Source of the DNA: Candidatus Krumholzibacteriales bacterium
GTDB taxonomy: Bacteria > Krumholzibacteriota > Krumholzibacteriia > Krumholzibacteriales > WJIX01
Reading direction: 5' to 3'
Assembly (NCBI GenBank): GCA_046483305.1
Contig: JAWODM010000006.1
Span: 1 to 56,229 of the forward strand
Length of the DNA stretch: 56,229 nt
Under the pieces are notes generated by a model. The model did not search any database and was not told the DNA's origin. It saw only the letters and a list, made by a program, of their open reading frames with translations. Shown piece after piece: positions 9,799-19,372 of the stretch. A program made the position numbers and the translations under genes. The stretch's first letter is position 1, and the number at the start of each line of letters is the position of its first letter.

Positions 9799-12129
9799 TC
9801 AGCCGCCGGCAGCCCCGTATATTTCCTCCAGGTTTATGAAATTGACATCCCCGGCATTAATCCCTTCAGCCAGGGCCTCCCTGACCTCTTCCTTGGCACT
9901 GAAGAATATTATCTGCCAGCCGGCATCCGCTATCCGGCCCAGCATCTTTACCTGCTCCTGCAGCCGCGCCGCGTCCGACTTGATAAATGGATCATCCATA
10001 ATAAAGAATCCCCTGCGGCCCTCCAGCAGCTCCCCGCCCAGAGCCAGCCGGATTGAAAAATAGAGCTGGTCGTAAGCTCCCCCGGACAGCGCTCCCGCCT
10101 CCAGGGTTTTACCCTGTTTGCCGGTCACCCTGATTATCTCTTCCTGGTGATCAAAATTCACCTCACTGTACAGCCCGCCTGTAATCCTGCTGAAGTGCCC
10201 GGACACCTTTCTGCCCGGCCCGAACAGCTCCGAGACCTTCTTTCTCTCTTCGATATCGATCTCCTCGAAGATCTTCCTGGCTTTAAGCACCGTATCCCTG
10301 ATGGTTTCCTTCTCATCGATAAAGCCGCGGAGCTGTTTTTCTATCTCATCCAGGTCCCGCAAGGTGGAGCAGTAGAGTTTCTCCCCTTCCTCCGGGCGGA
10401 GAAGCTCGTTCGCGGTTATACTTATCTCCTGAAGCCTTTCTCCGATACTGCGCGTCTCTCTTCTGGTTTCTTCCAGTTTCCCTTCCAGCTCCCTTATTTC
10501 TTCCAGGATACCGTCGGCCTTCGCTTTACTGTAACTTACCCCGGCCGATTCTCCCGAGTAACGTTCCAGTTTCTCCTTTTCCCGTTCCCAGCAGGCAACC
10601 CTGTCATCCCTGCCCCCCGCTCCCAGAAGGCTTTCCAGCACTTTCTCCTGCTCGCTGACTATTCGTTCCGCTTCGGATTTTTCAGCCAGTCCGGACCTGT
10701 ATTCGGCCAGAGTCTCTATCCCGGATTCCGATCTGATATCATCTATTTTTCTCTTCGCGTCCGATATTGCTTTTTGTAACTCCGGGATCGCCTCCCCGCG
10801 CAGGTCGGCCGCCCTGTCTTTCAGGTTCTCTGCCTGAAGCTCCATGCTCCTGACCCGGTCTTCCTCCGCTGAATAACGGTCCTCGAAGTCCCTGATTGAC
10901 TCAAGCATTTCACCAATATCTCCGGCTCTTATCCCAATCTCAGACATAGCCATCCGCAGCTTTTTAAGTTTTTTATCCAGTAAGCTCTTCTCCCTGACCG
11001 GCCTGTACCTGATTATCCAGGAAAGAACCGTGAAAACAGACAGAACCGCCGATACCGCCGCTGAAATATATGTTCTGTCCAGAGCGATCCAGATCACAGA
11101 TAAGCCCAGGAAAACCGCGGCCAGCCAGGACAGCTTTATCCAGAAGGCCCTTCTACTTTCCCTGCCCGCAAGCTCTTCACTGAGTTCCCGGCAATCCGCC
11201 AGCTCAGGCCTTATGTTTTCATCCAGCCGGTACTTTCTCATCTCAATCGCCTTTAAATCGGAGCTGGCAGCTTCAAGCTCTTCCAGTTTCTCTTTTCTGT
11301 ACGCTTCCAGCTTATCCAGTTTTTCCCGGATCCGTTTCTGCTCCAGAACCTTCTCCTCGACCCTTCTCTGGTTCTCCGCCCAGATTCTCTCTCTATCATC
11401 CCGGTAGATTTCGAGAAGATGCAACTTCTCAACCCCCTGTTTATACTTTTCCAGGGCTGCCGCGGCCTTTTCGTACTCCTCCCTCCTCCTGGCATTCTCC
11501 AGTTGCGCATGGCGTTCTTTTTTCTCCTCGATTGCGGCTTCCAGGCCGGCAGCCCTCTCTTCCATCTGATCGAAACCGGCCTCGTTCAGTTCCGGCCGCA
11601 TCTCCCGGATGTTCTCAAGAAGCTCCTTCGCTTTACTCAGCCGTGTTTTGAGCTTTTCCGGCTGCGAATCAATGAATTGCCCGGTGGGCGTTATTTCGCC
11701 AATCTGCTCCAGGTTGTCCATGATTCTCTTTATCTGCTCTGTCTTCAGCCCGGTCAATTTATTCGACACACTGGTATAAAAACCGCTTTCCTCACTCAGC
11801 GCCAGGTCGCTGTTCCTGGTAATGAATATATTTCTGCAGTCGTCCGCGTCCAGTCCCGTGATTTCGCTCAGCCCTCCTCCTTCGGGAAGTTTAATCTCCG
11901 CGCCATCGTCATTTTCAACAACGACATATCCCTCCGGACTTTCCTCTACCCTGTTTATGTTATTAAAACTCTTCAATCCCTTGCCCAGGAGCATCTTGAC
12001 CAGGGCGTCTATTGTAAGGCTCTTCCCCGCTTCATTCCTGCCGAACAGCAGGTTAAAATCCGCCAGTGTTACTGTTCCGGAAGATCGAAGCGGCCCGTAA
12101 CGGTTTATAAGAAATTCCGTTATTCTCAT
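9799..12129 (-). CDS. SMC/Rad50-like ATPase (YhaN/SbcC-type) with a central hydrophobic hairpin
   Basis: Walker A GRNEAGKS, long coiled coils, signature LSGGAYDQ, Walker B FFIMDDPF. Overlaps the upstream nuclease gene by 4 bp. Confidence 0.88.
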   Translation of the reverse strand: MRITEFLINRYGPLRSSGTVTLADFNLLFGRNEAGKSLTIDALVKMLLGKGLKSFNNINRVEESPEGYVVVENDDGAEIKLPEGGGLSEITGLDADDCRNIFITRNSDLALSEESGFYTSVSNKLTGLKTEQIKRIMDNLEQIGEITPTGQFIDSQPEKLKTRLSKAKELLENIREMRPELNEAGFDQMEERAAGLEAAIEEKKERHAQLENARRREEYEKAAAALEKYKQGVEKLHLLEIYRDDRERIWAENQRRVEEKVLEQKRIREKLDKLEAYRKEKLEELEAASSDLKAIEMRKYRLDENIRPELADCRELSEELAGRESRRAFWIKLSWLAAVFLGLSVIWIALDRTYISAAVSAVLSVFTVLSWIIRYRPVREKSLLDKKLKKLRMAMSEIGIRAGDIGEMLESIRDFEDRYSAEEDRVRSMELQAENLKDRAADLRGEAIPELQKAISDAKRKIDDIRSESGIETLAEYRSGLAEKSEAERIVSEQEKVLESLLGAGGRDDRVACWEREKEKLERYSGESAGVSYSKAKADGILEEIRELEGKLEETRRETRSIGERLQEISITANELLRPEEGEKLYCSTLRDLDEIEKQLRGFIDEKETIRDTVLKARKIFEEIDIEERKKVSELFGPGRKVSGHFSRITGGLYSEVNFDHQEEIIRVTGKQGKTLEAGALSGGAYDQLYFSIRLALGGELLEGRRGFFIMDDPFIKSDAARLQEQVKMLGRIADAGWQIIFFSAKEEVREALAEGINAGDVNFINLEEIYGAAGG

Positions 12130-13187
12130 TGCCCACCCTCCATCATCGCCCTTATCGCCACCTCGCGCACCCTCTCCGTCAGTTCTTCGCCAAAGCCCCT
12201 TTCCTCCAGTTTGTTCTTAAAACTCTCGAAAAGCGGATCATTTATTAACACTCCGATATCCCTGAACAGATAGTCTGCCTCTTCCAGTTTGTCCCCTGTT
12301 ATTTTCCTGATCCTGTCTACGAGATCGCTCTCGCTTAATCCTTCTTCATCGCTATTGATATACCCCCTTACGGTAAGAAGAATCGCGGCCTCGGGTGGCA
12401 GCGGCTCAATGGCTTTTCTTACCTCTTCTTCCGGATCAGTGCCGCTGAAGGGGTCCAGGCTGACCTCTAAACTCTCAAAATAAGGGGTATCGAGATGACG
12501 CTCTGCCGGACCCTCTCCAACCTCAAGAATATTAACGCTCCTCTTGCCCGTCTCCCTCCTGGTAATCGAAACCGGCGATCCGGGATATACGAAATAACCT
12601 CCCCCCTCCAGTTCCCAGACCCTGAACCGTGTATGGAAATGGCCGGCCAGGACGTAATCGAGTTTCAAACCGCCGAAGAAGGACAGTTTTGCGGGCATGT
12701 AACGGCGATCCCCCTCCTCTCCGAAATCGCTTCTGGAGTAGAAACTGTCCAGCAGCTCCCCGTGGTAGAGAAGAATGTCTGTCTTTTCCGGATCAAATTG
12801 TTCAGAGAGCGAACGGAGCTTTCTGGCCATATCCGCACTTCCCGCGTCCTCGAACGGCATACCCCATATTCGGACATCCCCCTTGATAAAGGGAGTTTCA
12901 GGATCGTCCAGAATTTTTATATTATCACCGAAAAATAAACCGCTGCCGTATGAATCGCTGTCGTGATTGCCCGGTATCAGCACAATATCGAAGTCAACCC
13001 CGGAGAAAAGATCCCTGGCCCGGGGCCTCAGTTTCTCGGCGTCAACCCCCCTGTCGAACAGGTCTCCGCTGACGGCGATTATATCCGCCTTCTCTTTTCC
13101 GGCCAGCTCGATAATTTTTCGCAGAGCTTCCCATCTCTCGTCTTTCTCCGACCTTAAATGAATATCTGCCGTGTGGAGTATTCTCAT
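12126..13187 (-). CDS. Mre11/SbcD-family metallophosphoesterase DNA repair exonuclease
   Basis: Motifs HTADIH, SGDLFD, PGNHD, AGHFH and YPGSP. Confidence 0.92.
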   Translation of the reverse strand: MRILHTADIHLRSEKDERWEALRKIIELAGKEKADIIAVSGDLFDRGVDAEKLRPRARDLFSGVDFDIVLIPGNHDSDSYGSGLFFGDNIKILDDPETPFIKGDVRIWGMPFEDAGSADMARKLRSLSEQFDPEKTDILLYHGELLDSFYSRSDFGEEGDRRYMPAKLSFFGGLKLDYVLAGHFHTRFRVWELEGGGYFVYPGSPVSITRRETGKRSVNILEVGEGPAERHLDTPYFESLEVSLDPFSGTDPEEEVRKAIEPLPPEAAILLTVRGYINSDEEGLSESDLVDRIRKITGDKLEEADYLFRDIGVLINDPLFESFKNKLEERGFGEELTERVREVAIRAMMEGGQ

Positions 13188-13323
13188 TTTCCCTCTTTCC
13201 GCGGCTGGCCCGTGCCGACAGAGCGACTATACTTCAGATCAGTCTCTTTTTCAAGATATTCGGCGGCGGACCGCCCCTTCCGCCATTAATAACGGTATTT
13301 CCGGCCAAATAACTGAGTCGGCC

Positions 13324-13339
13324 GGGCACACCACTTGCT
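13324..13339 (+). promoter_or_regulatory. Putative sigma54 (-24/-12) promoter upstream of the first porin-family gene
   Basis: GGGCAC-ACCAC-TTGCT matches TGGCAC-N5-TTGCW at all but the first position, with exact GG-N10-GC spacing. Confidence 0.5.
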
Positions 13340-13484
13340 ATTATTACCTTGACAGCATTTCACGACATGTGGAAAAATTCATTAACCTTATTATGAACAA
13401 AATGTTAATTAACTCCGGGAGGTGATAGCAAAAAGGAAGATTTTATCTGGATGGAGTGATTTTCTTGCAATAAAGGAGAAGAAA

Positions 13485-14123
13485 ATGAAGAAATCGGCAG
13501 TTGCTGTATGCATTATACTGGTGATGATGGTTTCGGTAAGCGCCGAGGCCGGGATAGGATTAAAGGGCGGGATGAACTTTACCAAGTGGACCGGCGACGA
13601 CTGGGGAAACGCGGATGATTTCTCCTGGAAAATGGGATACAAGTTCGGGGCTTTCTTTACCCTTCCCATGACTCCGATTATTAAGATTCAGCCGGAGATA
13701 TATTTCACCTCCAAGGGCTGGAAATTCGACGGAGAATTATTGAACGAAGAATTCTCACTTACCTTCAATGCCAACTATATAGAGGTCCCTGTGCTGCTCA
13801 AGCTGGATATGGACGCCGGACTGAGTTTCGTCCCCACCGTCTTTGCCGGGCCGTACATCGGATTCCTGATGGGCGACCCCACCCTTGAGATGGAATATCA
13901 GGGCCAGACCGAGGAAGAGGATGTTCCCAGCGACAACTTCAATTCAGTGGACTTCGGCGGAGTAGTAGGCGCCGCCCTGGATTACAACCTGGTGGCGACC
14001 ACCCTGACGTTGGAAGCGAGATACAACCTGGGCTTCACCTCCATCGCCAAGGAAGATACCCAGGGGGAAGATGCTGATGTCAGGAATATGGGGTTCTCCC
14101 TCCTGGCTGGCTTCTCGTTCTAG
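13485..14123 (+). CDS. Porin-family / outer-membrane beta-barrel protein (OMP_b-brl_2-like)
   Basis: AAGGAG RBS before the ATG at 13485, signal peptide, GLKGGMNF, IQPEIYF, NYIEVPVLLK, EARYNLG, C-terminal Phe (GFSF). Confidence 0.88.
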   Translation: MKKSAVAVCIILVMMVSVSAEAGIGLKGGMNFTKWTGDDWGNADDFSWKMGYKFGAFFTLPMTPIIKIQPEIYFTSKGWKFDGELLNEEFSLTFNANYIEVPVLLKLDMDAGLSFVPTVFAGPYIGFLMGDPTLEMEYQGQTEEEDVPSDNFNSVDFGGVVGAALDYNLVATTLTLEARYNLGFTSIAKEDTQGEDADVRNMGFSLLAGFSF

Positions 14124-14178
14124 CAAAGTTATACGGTTGCAAAACAGCGGCTGCCAGAAAGTAGCCGCGGTTGAATTT

Positions 14179-14227
14179 AATATCCCCCGCCGCAGAGGCA
14201 GCCGCCCTGAACGCGGGGGATATTTTT
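14179..14227 (+). terminator. Hairpin/terminator after the first porin gene
   Basis: aatatcccccgc...gcgggggatatt followed by a T tract. Confidence 0.6.
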
Positions 14228-14699
14228 GCGCCTGAAAGCGGGGTTATCCCGCTTCTGCTGATCCTGACAATCCGCCGAGTCCGGCCGCATGCTTAACAGG
14301 CTCCCTTTTTATCAGGGAATCTTCCTCCAGTACGGCAGGCAGGTCAATTCCTGCGCCCCGCAGGCAGCGCCGGAGAGGCTCAGAGACTGGGACAGTGTAA
14401 CGATAAGCTGCTCCTGGAAGATACCGGCCTTTCACAGAAGGAAGCAGAGATTGTAATGACAGAAAAACCGGATTGAAGAACTTGCCGGCGCGGCGGCTTC
14501 AAACAGCCTGCTTGCTCATTCTCCTCTTAATACTGAATACTCTGAAAAGGCCTGAATCGATATTCAGCTTGACAGCCGGAAAGACAATCTGAAATAATAA
14601 CTCAAAGATAACCCGCCACTTAGGGCATCCCCGGCATCAGAAAAGCCGGCCGGACCGTTGCAGTTACCGCTCAGGCCGCAACCAGGCAAGGAGAACCTG

Positions 14700-15389
14700 A
14701 TGAAAAAGATTATTTCAATGTCGCTATTTCTCATCGTTATCGCTTCATCGTCCGTTTCGGCCGGGGTCGGCGCAAAGATCGGAACCCACTTCAGCAGCTG
14801 GTACGGCAGCGATTACGCGGAAGACCTGGAGAGAGTATCCAATATCATGATAGGGGTATCCTTCGATATAACCGCGGGCAGAGTTCCCGGAGGTATAATA
14901 AGCGTAAGGCCGGAGGCTTTCTACCTGGTCAAGGGCTGGAAACACACCAGGGAGCTTCCCTCTTACTACCCGCCCCCCTACGGCGGGAGCGAATATACCA
15001 CTGAAATATCGATCGATTATTTTGAAATCCCGGTCCTGTTCAGGTACAGCTACCAGACCGGCACAGGATTCCATCCCTTCCTGCTGGCCGGCCCCTATAT
15101 AGCCTTCGTACTCGATTCGCCGGATATGGTCCGTGATTCCGAACTGGAAGAGCTGGAGGGAGCGGGCAGAATTACCGGAGACTGCTTCGAATCAAGCGAC
15201 TTAGGGCTTATCGCGGGAGCTGGAATAGACTTTACCTACAGGATCGTAGAGGTAAGCATTGAAGCCAGGTACAGCCTGGGGCTGAGTTCGGTGGTCGCGG
15301 ACGGGTCTATCTGCGCCGGGGTAGACCCGGTCTTCCTGGCAAATAACAAAAATAAAGGTTTTTCGCTCCTGGCAGGGATTTCTTTCTGA
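14700..15389 (+). CDS. Second porin-family outer-membrane beta-barrel protein (paralog of 13485-14123)
   Basis: AAGGAG RBS, signal peptide, VRPEAFY, DYFEIPVLF, EARYSLG, and C-terminus GFSLLAGISF nearly identical to the paralog's. Confidence 0.85.
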   Translation: MKKIISMSLFLIVIASSSVSAGVGAKIGTHFSSWYGSDYAEDLERVSNIMIGVSFDITAGRVPGGIISVRPEAFYLVKGWKHTRELPSYYPPPYGGSEYTTEISIDYFEIPVLFRYSYQTGTGFHPFLLAGPYIAFVLDSPDMVRDSELEELEGAGRITGDCFESSDLGLIAGAGIDFTYRIVEVSIEARYSLGLSSVVADGSICAGVDPVFLANNKNKGFSLLAGISF

Positions 15390-15394
15390 ACTTT

Positions 15395-18300
15395 CTATTT
15401 TATCCTGACCTGATAGATTATCTGGTCTTCCATCCCGCTCTCCAGGGTATAGGGGGATTGCCTGGACAGCTCCACCCTCAATGTGCCGCCGCTGTAACCC
15501 GCCTCATCGGCATCGGCAGGGTCGGCGGTAAGGTAGACGCTGGCGCCGCCACGCACCCATATTATATCCTGCCCGGGCCCGAAGGCATCAGTTACCAGGT
15601 CCACTGACGCAGATACCGGATCAATTATTTCTATATCGGTGACTCCCTCCGTTCCGGGGTTAGAGAACGAGATAGTGTATGTTACCAGATCCCCCGGCCT
15701 CGCCTCGGTCAGGTCGACAGATTTCACCAGATCCAGCATCCCGGTCGCATTGGCCATCACTGTAACCGTACTGGACACGCTGCTGACAGAGTGAATGGAA
15801 GTTCCGCTGAGGAGCTGATCGAGGACAACCTCCACTCCGTAGGTATTCCCCACGGCGGCGGAAAGGGGCAGGTACAGCCGCATGATTATATGAACAATAT
15901 CTCTTCCCGGCACCTCCGGGTCCAGATTGAGGTCGTCGGCAGTCAGTATAGTATCATCGCTGTCCAGCACTCCGTCTCCGTTCTGGTCCCGGTAGAAGAC
16001 TTCAATCCAGTCGGCCGGCGCTGCGGCGCTGATGGAGGCCTGGCCTCCGGTTCCGGCGGTAATGGTATGGGCAAGGTCCACCGTGCCGCCGGCGGTGGCA
16101 TTAACGCTGAGAGAGGGCTGAATGATCGAGGAAGCGACATCCGCAAAGCTGACGCTGACAGTATCCCCTGCCGACAGAACCCCCGTATCAACAGTATCCG
16201 GAGTGATGGAAACCATCCCCGCGGGTGTCACCTCGATAACCTGCCTGGACTCTCCCGGCAGAACTTCGAAACTGAAATTTCCTCCACCGTCGGTAACCGC
16301 GGTGAGATCTCCCGCCGGGCCGGTAAGCAGGACCGTGACCCCCGAATACCCGCTTTCGCCGGCGTCCGGGATTCCGTCGTGATCAGTGTCCTCGAAGACA
16401 ATTCCGGAAACAACCGAACCTGTATAAACCTCAAGCAGAACGCTGTCGTATATATCTGTGGCAGCCGGCTTTCCGTCGATAATCAGGCTGCTTCTGAGAC
16501 CGGCTCCCGCCGGTACCGAAACCCTTACGGTATAGGAGACCGAAACTCCCGGATCTATAATACCTGTCACAAAGGGAGAGGAGTAATCGCCCGTTCCGTC
16601 ACTGATAACCACCGATCCGGCAGGCCATCCCGCGGGGTCCTGCCAGCTGACCAGGAAAGAGTCGGGGTATCCGCCGCGGTTGCTGACGGTAAGAGACGCG
16701 GTAACAGTTTCGCCGGGATTGCCGGAAATTACCCCGGCGCCGCCAGCTCCGGAGCCCGCCGAACCGTACTGGTTGTCTCCGTTACCCTCTATGGCAAGGT
16801 CGATGCGTGGAGGGGAGTTGATATCGACAGAGGCGGTGACACTCTCAGTGATAGCCGAATCAGCCGTCGATATGATATCAATTATATAATGATAACTCCC
16901 CTCCGGCGCGTTTATGGGAGAAATTACTTCAAAAATCAAGGTCTGCGATGCGCCTCCGCTGATCACACCGGTCATCGAAGGCGAAGCGCTGCCGTCCAGC
17001 AAGGCGCTCCATCCGGAGAAACTGTTCCACTCTATCCGGTAACTTTCCGGGTTGCTTCCCTCGTTCTGAACTTCCAGAGCGAACTGCTCGGTCCTTCCGC
17101 CCATACTGCTGGCTGAAGAAGTTCCGCCGGCACCCGTTCCGGCGTCCGCATACAGTCCGTCGCCGTTTCCGTCCACCAGGGCGTCCACCTGCGGCGGCAT
17201 GGTAACATTCACCGTGCCTTCAACACTGTCCACCAGATACCTCTTGTTGGTTTTCACACCGTCCAGGATTATACTGAAACTCCCCGCGCTGCATGAGGCG
17301 GGCACAATCACTTCCAGGGTATAAACGCCGGCGGATATTCCCCTCATGGTGGATGAGGAATCCCCTATTCCTACTTCCCAGCCGGCCGGGCCGGACCACT
17401 GCAGGTCGAAGAGGTCCTCCCCCGATTCATTCTGCACCTCTACCTGGAAGGACAGGGTATCGCCCGGATAAGCATTCTGTGACGCCGAGCCGCCCAGGCC
17501 GGTTCCCAGGCCGCCATAAAGTCCGTCTCCGTTTGAATCAATCAAAAGATCTGTTTCGCTCCCCGATGTTACAACTATATTGGCAGTTACGCTCTCAGAC
17601 ACACCCGGGTCCACCGCGCTGGTAATATTAAGTATGGAAGTTTCATTCTGGTAATCCGCACCCGCCGGAATGGTTACCGCCAGGAAATACCGGTTTTCGC
17701 TCAGCGGCTCAAACTCCGGGGTGGTCCATGGCAATGCATGATCAGCCGTTCCGTCGTTGATTACCGCGCTCCATCCGGCATCGGGCGGATTCCACTCGAC
17801 GGCAAAAGAGTCGGCAATTCCGGACTCATTCTGAATATCCAGGGGGAAATAAACCGTGGAACCGGGAAGCCCCGCAGCCGATCCGCTTCCGCCCAGCCCG
17901 CTCCCGGCAGGGTCAATAATACCGTCTCCGGAGCCGCATATCACAGCGTCCACCGCCGGGGCAAGTACCCTGGAAACGGCCGTTATACCATCCTTTTTCA
18001 ACGTATCCCCCAGGGACTGGCAGAACACCAATGTATTATAATCGCCTCCATTTGCATCCGCCGGCACCGTTACCTCCAGTTGAAATGTCCCGCTTTCCCC
18101 TGAAGCCAGGGGCCCGAAGGTGAACTGCCCGGAGTGAGTAACCCCTCCGTCTACTATCACGGAACTCAGCGGCGGATCCGGCTGGAACCACATCCTGAAG
18201 GAATCGGTCTGAATACCTTCGTTCACCACATCCAGAGTATAGGAAACAGTATTTCCCGGATTAACCTCCCGGAGAGAATAACCTCCGGACCCTTCCGGTC

Positions 18301-19372
18301 CTATCGCTCCGGCTCCATCGCCGTCCACCGACATATCGGGAAGATAATCCGCTGGAACAACATTAGCTGCCATCTCCACACTGTCATACCGGTTCCCGTC
18401 AGAAGTGGATACCGCATCCAGAATGGTGGAATAACTTCCCAGGCTCTCCCCCGCCGGGATGCTCACTCTGACCTGGGCGCTTATCACTTCGCCGGGGGCG
18501 AGAACAGGCGTAACCCAGGGAAGAGTCCTGTCCACACCTTCATAATTGAGAACTACTGCCCAGCCGGGAGGGGGAGAAGACGTAATGGTGTAGGAGTTTG
18601 CGTCGAGACCCTCATTTTCGAGGGTCAAATTGTAGGTGAGCGTCTCTCCCTCCTCCCCGCTGAGCAGCGAATAACCCCCATCTCCCGTTCCCGGTTCTCC
18701 GAACCGGTCTTCCCCGTCTGCATCTACGGTAAGGTCAACAAATCTTTTGAAAATAACCGAAACATTGTCTATGAAGGTCCAGGTCTGATATATGCCGTCA
18801 TTACTGTTAAGCTGCTCGAAATAAATCCTCACGTTCATCCCGGCGTATCCGCTCAGATCGAACCCGGCCGGCCCGGCTCCGTCATCATCTATCCATCCGC
18901 TGTCCTTGAACTGATAGTTTCTTTCGGAGAACGACTGCTGAACAACGGTCTCCAGCGTATTGCCCGACAGGTCCCTTATCTCGGCGATAAAGGGATCCTG
19001 ATTCTGGCCGTCATACCCCTGCTGCCTGAATTTGAAATATAGAGTGGCGCTTGAGATATCGGCTGGTATGAACAGGTCCTGGTACATATAACCCAGCCGG
19101 TCTTTTTTGGGTACGGTATACTTGAATCCGAGCAGGGCGGAATAGCCGCCTTCGTAGCTCAGGTCCATTACAACCTCGTGATCGGCCCAATCAGGGTTTC
19201 CGCCCATCCCCTGGGTCAGAGCTGCGCCGTGAACCCACCCGGCAGAAAAGGCCCCTTCCTCGAACCCGCCCCCGGTAACCAGTTCGGCGGCGCCGGTCCT
19301 GGCCGGCGCGATGGCGATCAGTAAAATAATTATGCAAAAAGCCCTTTTCATCCTGTTTGACGCCTTTCCCAT
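15395..19372 (-). CDS. Large secreted repeat protein: jelly-roll/CBM-like N-domain, six Ig-like repeats, SdrD-B-like domain, C-terminal truncated DUF11 domain (putative fibre tip/adhesin)
   Basis: Signal peptide; AELVTGGGFEEG start; six repeats beginning VDxxVDGxGDG...PGxTxxxxLxVxNEG; SGIVFEDTDHDGIPDAGE; LVKSVD...PGDLVTYTISFSN...IIDPV...IIYQVRIK-stop. Confidence 0.85.
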   Translation of the reverse strand: MGKASNRMKRAFCIIILLIAIAPARTGAAELVTGGGFEEGAFSAGWVHGAALTQGMGGNPDWADHEVVMDLSYEGGYSALLGFKYTVPKKDRLGYMYQDLFIPADISSATLYFKFRQQGYDGQNQDPFIAEIRDLSGNTLETVVQQSFSERNYQFKDSGWIDDDGAGPAGFDLSGYAGMNVRIYFEQLNSNDGIYQTWTFIDNVSVIFKRFVDLTVDADGEDRFGEPGTGDGGYSLLSGEEGETLTYNLTLENEGLDANSYTITSSPPPGWAVVLNYEGVDRTLPWVTPVLAPGEVISAQVRVSIPAGESLGSYSTILDAVSTSDGNRYDSVEMAANVVPADYLPDMSVDGDGAGAIGPEGSGGYSLREVNPGNTVSYTLDVVNEGIQTDSFRMWFQPDPPLSSVIVDGGVTHSGQFTFGPLASGESGTFQLEVTVPADANGGDYNTLVFCQSLGDTLKKDGITAVSRVLAPAVDAVICGSGDGIIDPAGSGLGGSGSAAGLPGSTVYFPLDIQNESGIADSFAVEWNPPDAGWSAVINDGTADHALPWTTPEFEPLSENRYFLAVTIPAGADYQNETSILNITSAVDPGVSESVTANIVVTSGSETDLLIDSNGDGLYGGLGTGLGGSASQNAYPGDTLSFQVEVQNESGEDLFDLQWSGPAGWEVGIGDSSSTMRGISAGVYTLEVIVPASCSAGSFSIILDGVKTNKRYLVDSVEGTVNVTMPPQVDALVDGNGDGLYADAGTGAGGTSSASSMGGRTEQFALEVQNEGSNPESYRIEWNSFSGWSALLDGSASPSMTGVISGGASQTLIFEVISPINAPEGSYHYIIDIISTADSAITESVTASVDINSPPRIDLAIEGNGDNQYGSAGSGAGGAGVISGNPGETVTASLTVSNRGGYPDSFLVSWQDPAGWPAGSVVISDGTGDYSSPFVTGIIDPGVSVSYTVRVSVPAGAGLRSSLIIDGKPAATDIYDSVLLEVYTGSVVSGIVFEDTDHDGIPDAGESGYSGVTVLLTGPAGDLTAVTDGGGNFSFEVLPGESRQVIEVTPAGMVSITPDTVDTGVLSAGDTVSVSFADVASSIIQPSLSVNATAGGTVDLAHTITAGTGGQASISAAAPADWIEVFYRDQNGDGVLDSDDTILTADDLNLDPEVPGRDIVHIIMRLYLPLSAAVGNTYGVEVVLDQLLSGTSIHSVSSVSSTVTVMANATGMLDLVKSVDLTEARPGDLVTYTISFSNPGTEGVTDIEIIDPVSASVDLVTDAFGPGQDIIWVRGGASVYLTADPADADEAGYSGGTLRVELSRQSPYTLESGMEDQIIYQVRIK
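16425..18742 (-). repeat. Six tandem ~125-130 aa Gly/Asp-rich Ig-like protein repeats (boundaries approximate)
   Basis: Repeat starts: FVDLTVDADGED, LPDMSVDGDGAG, AVDAVICGSGDG, ETDLLIDSNGDG, QVDALVDGNGDG, RIDLAIEGNGDN. Confidence 0.8.
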
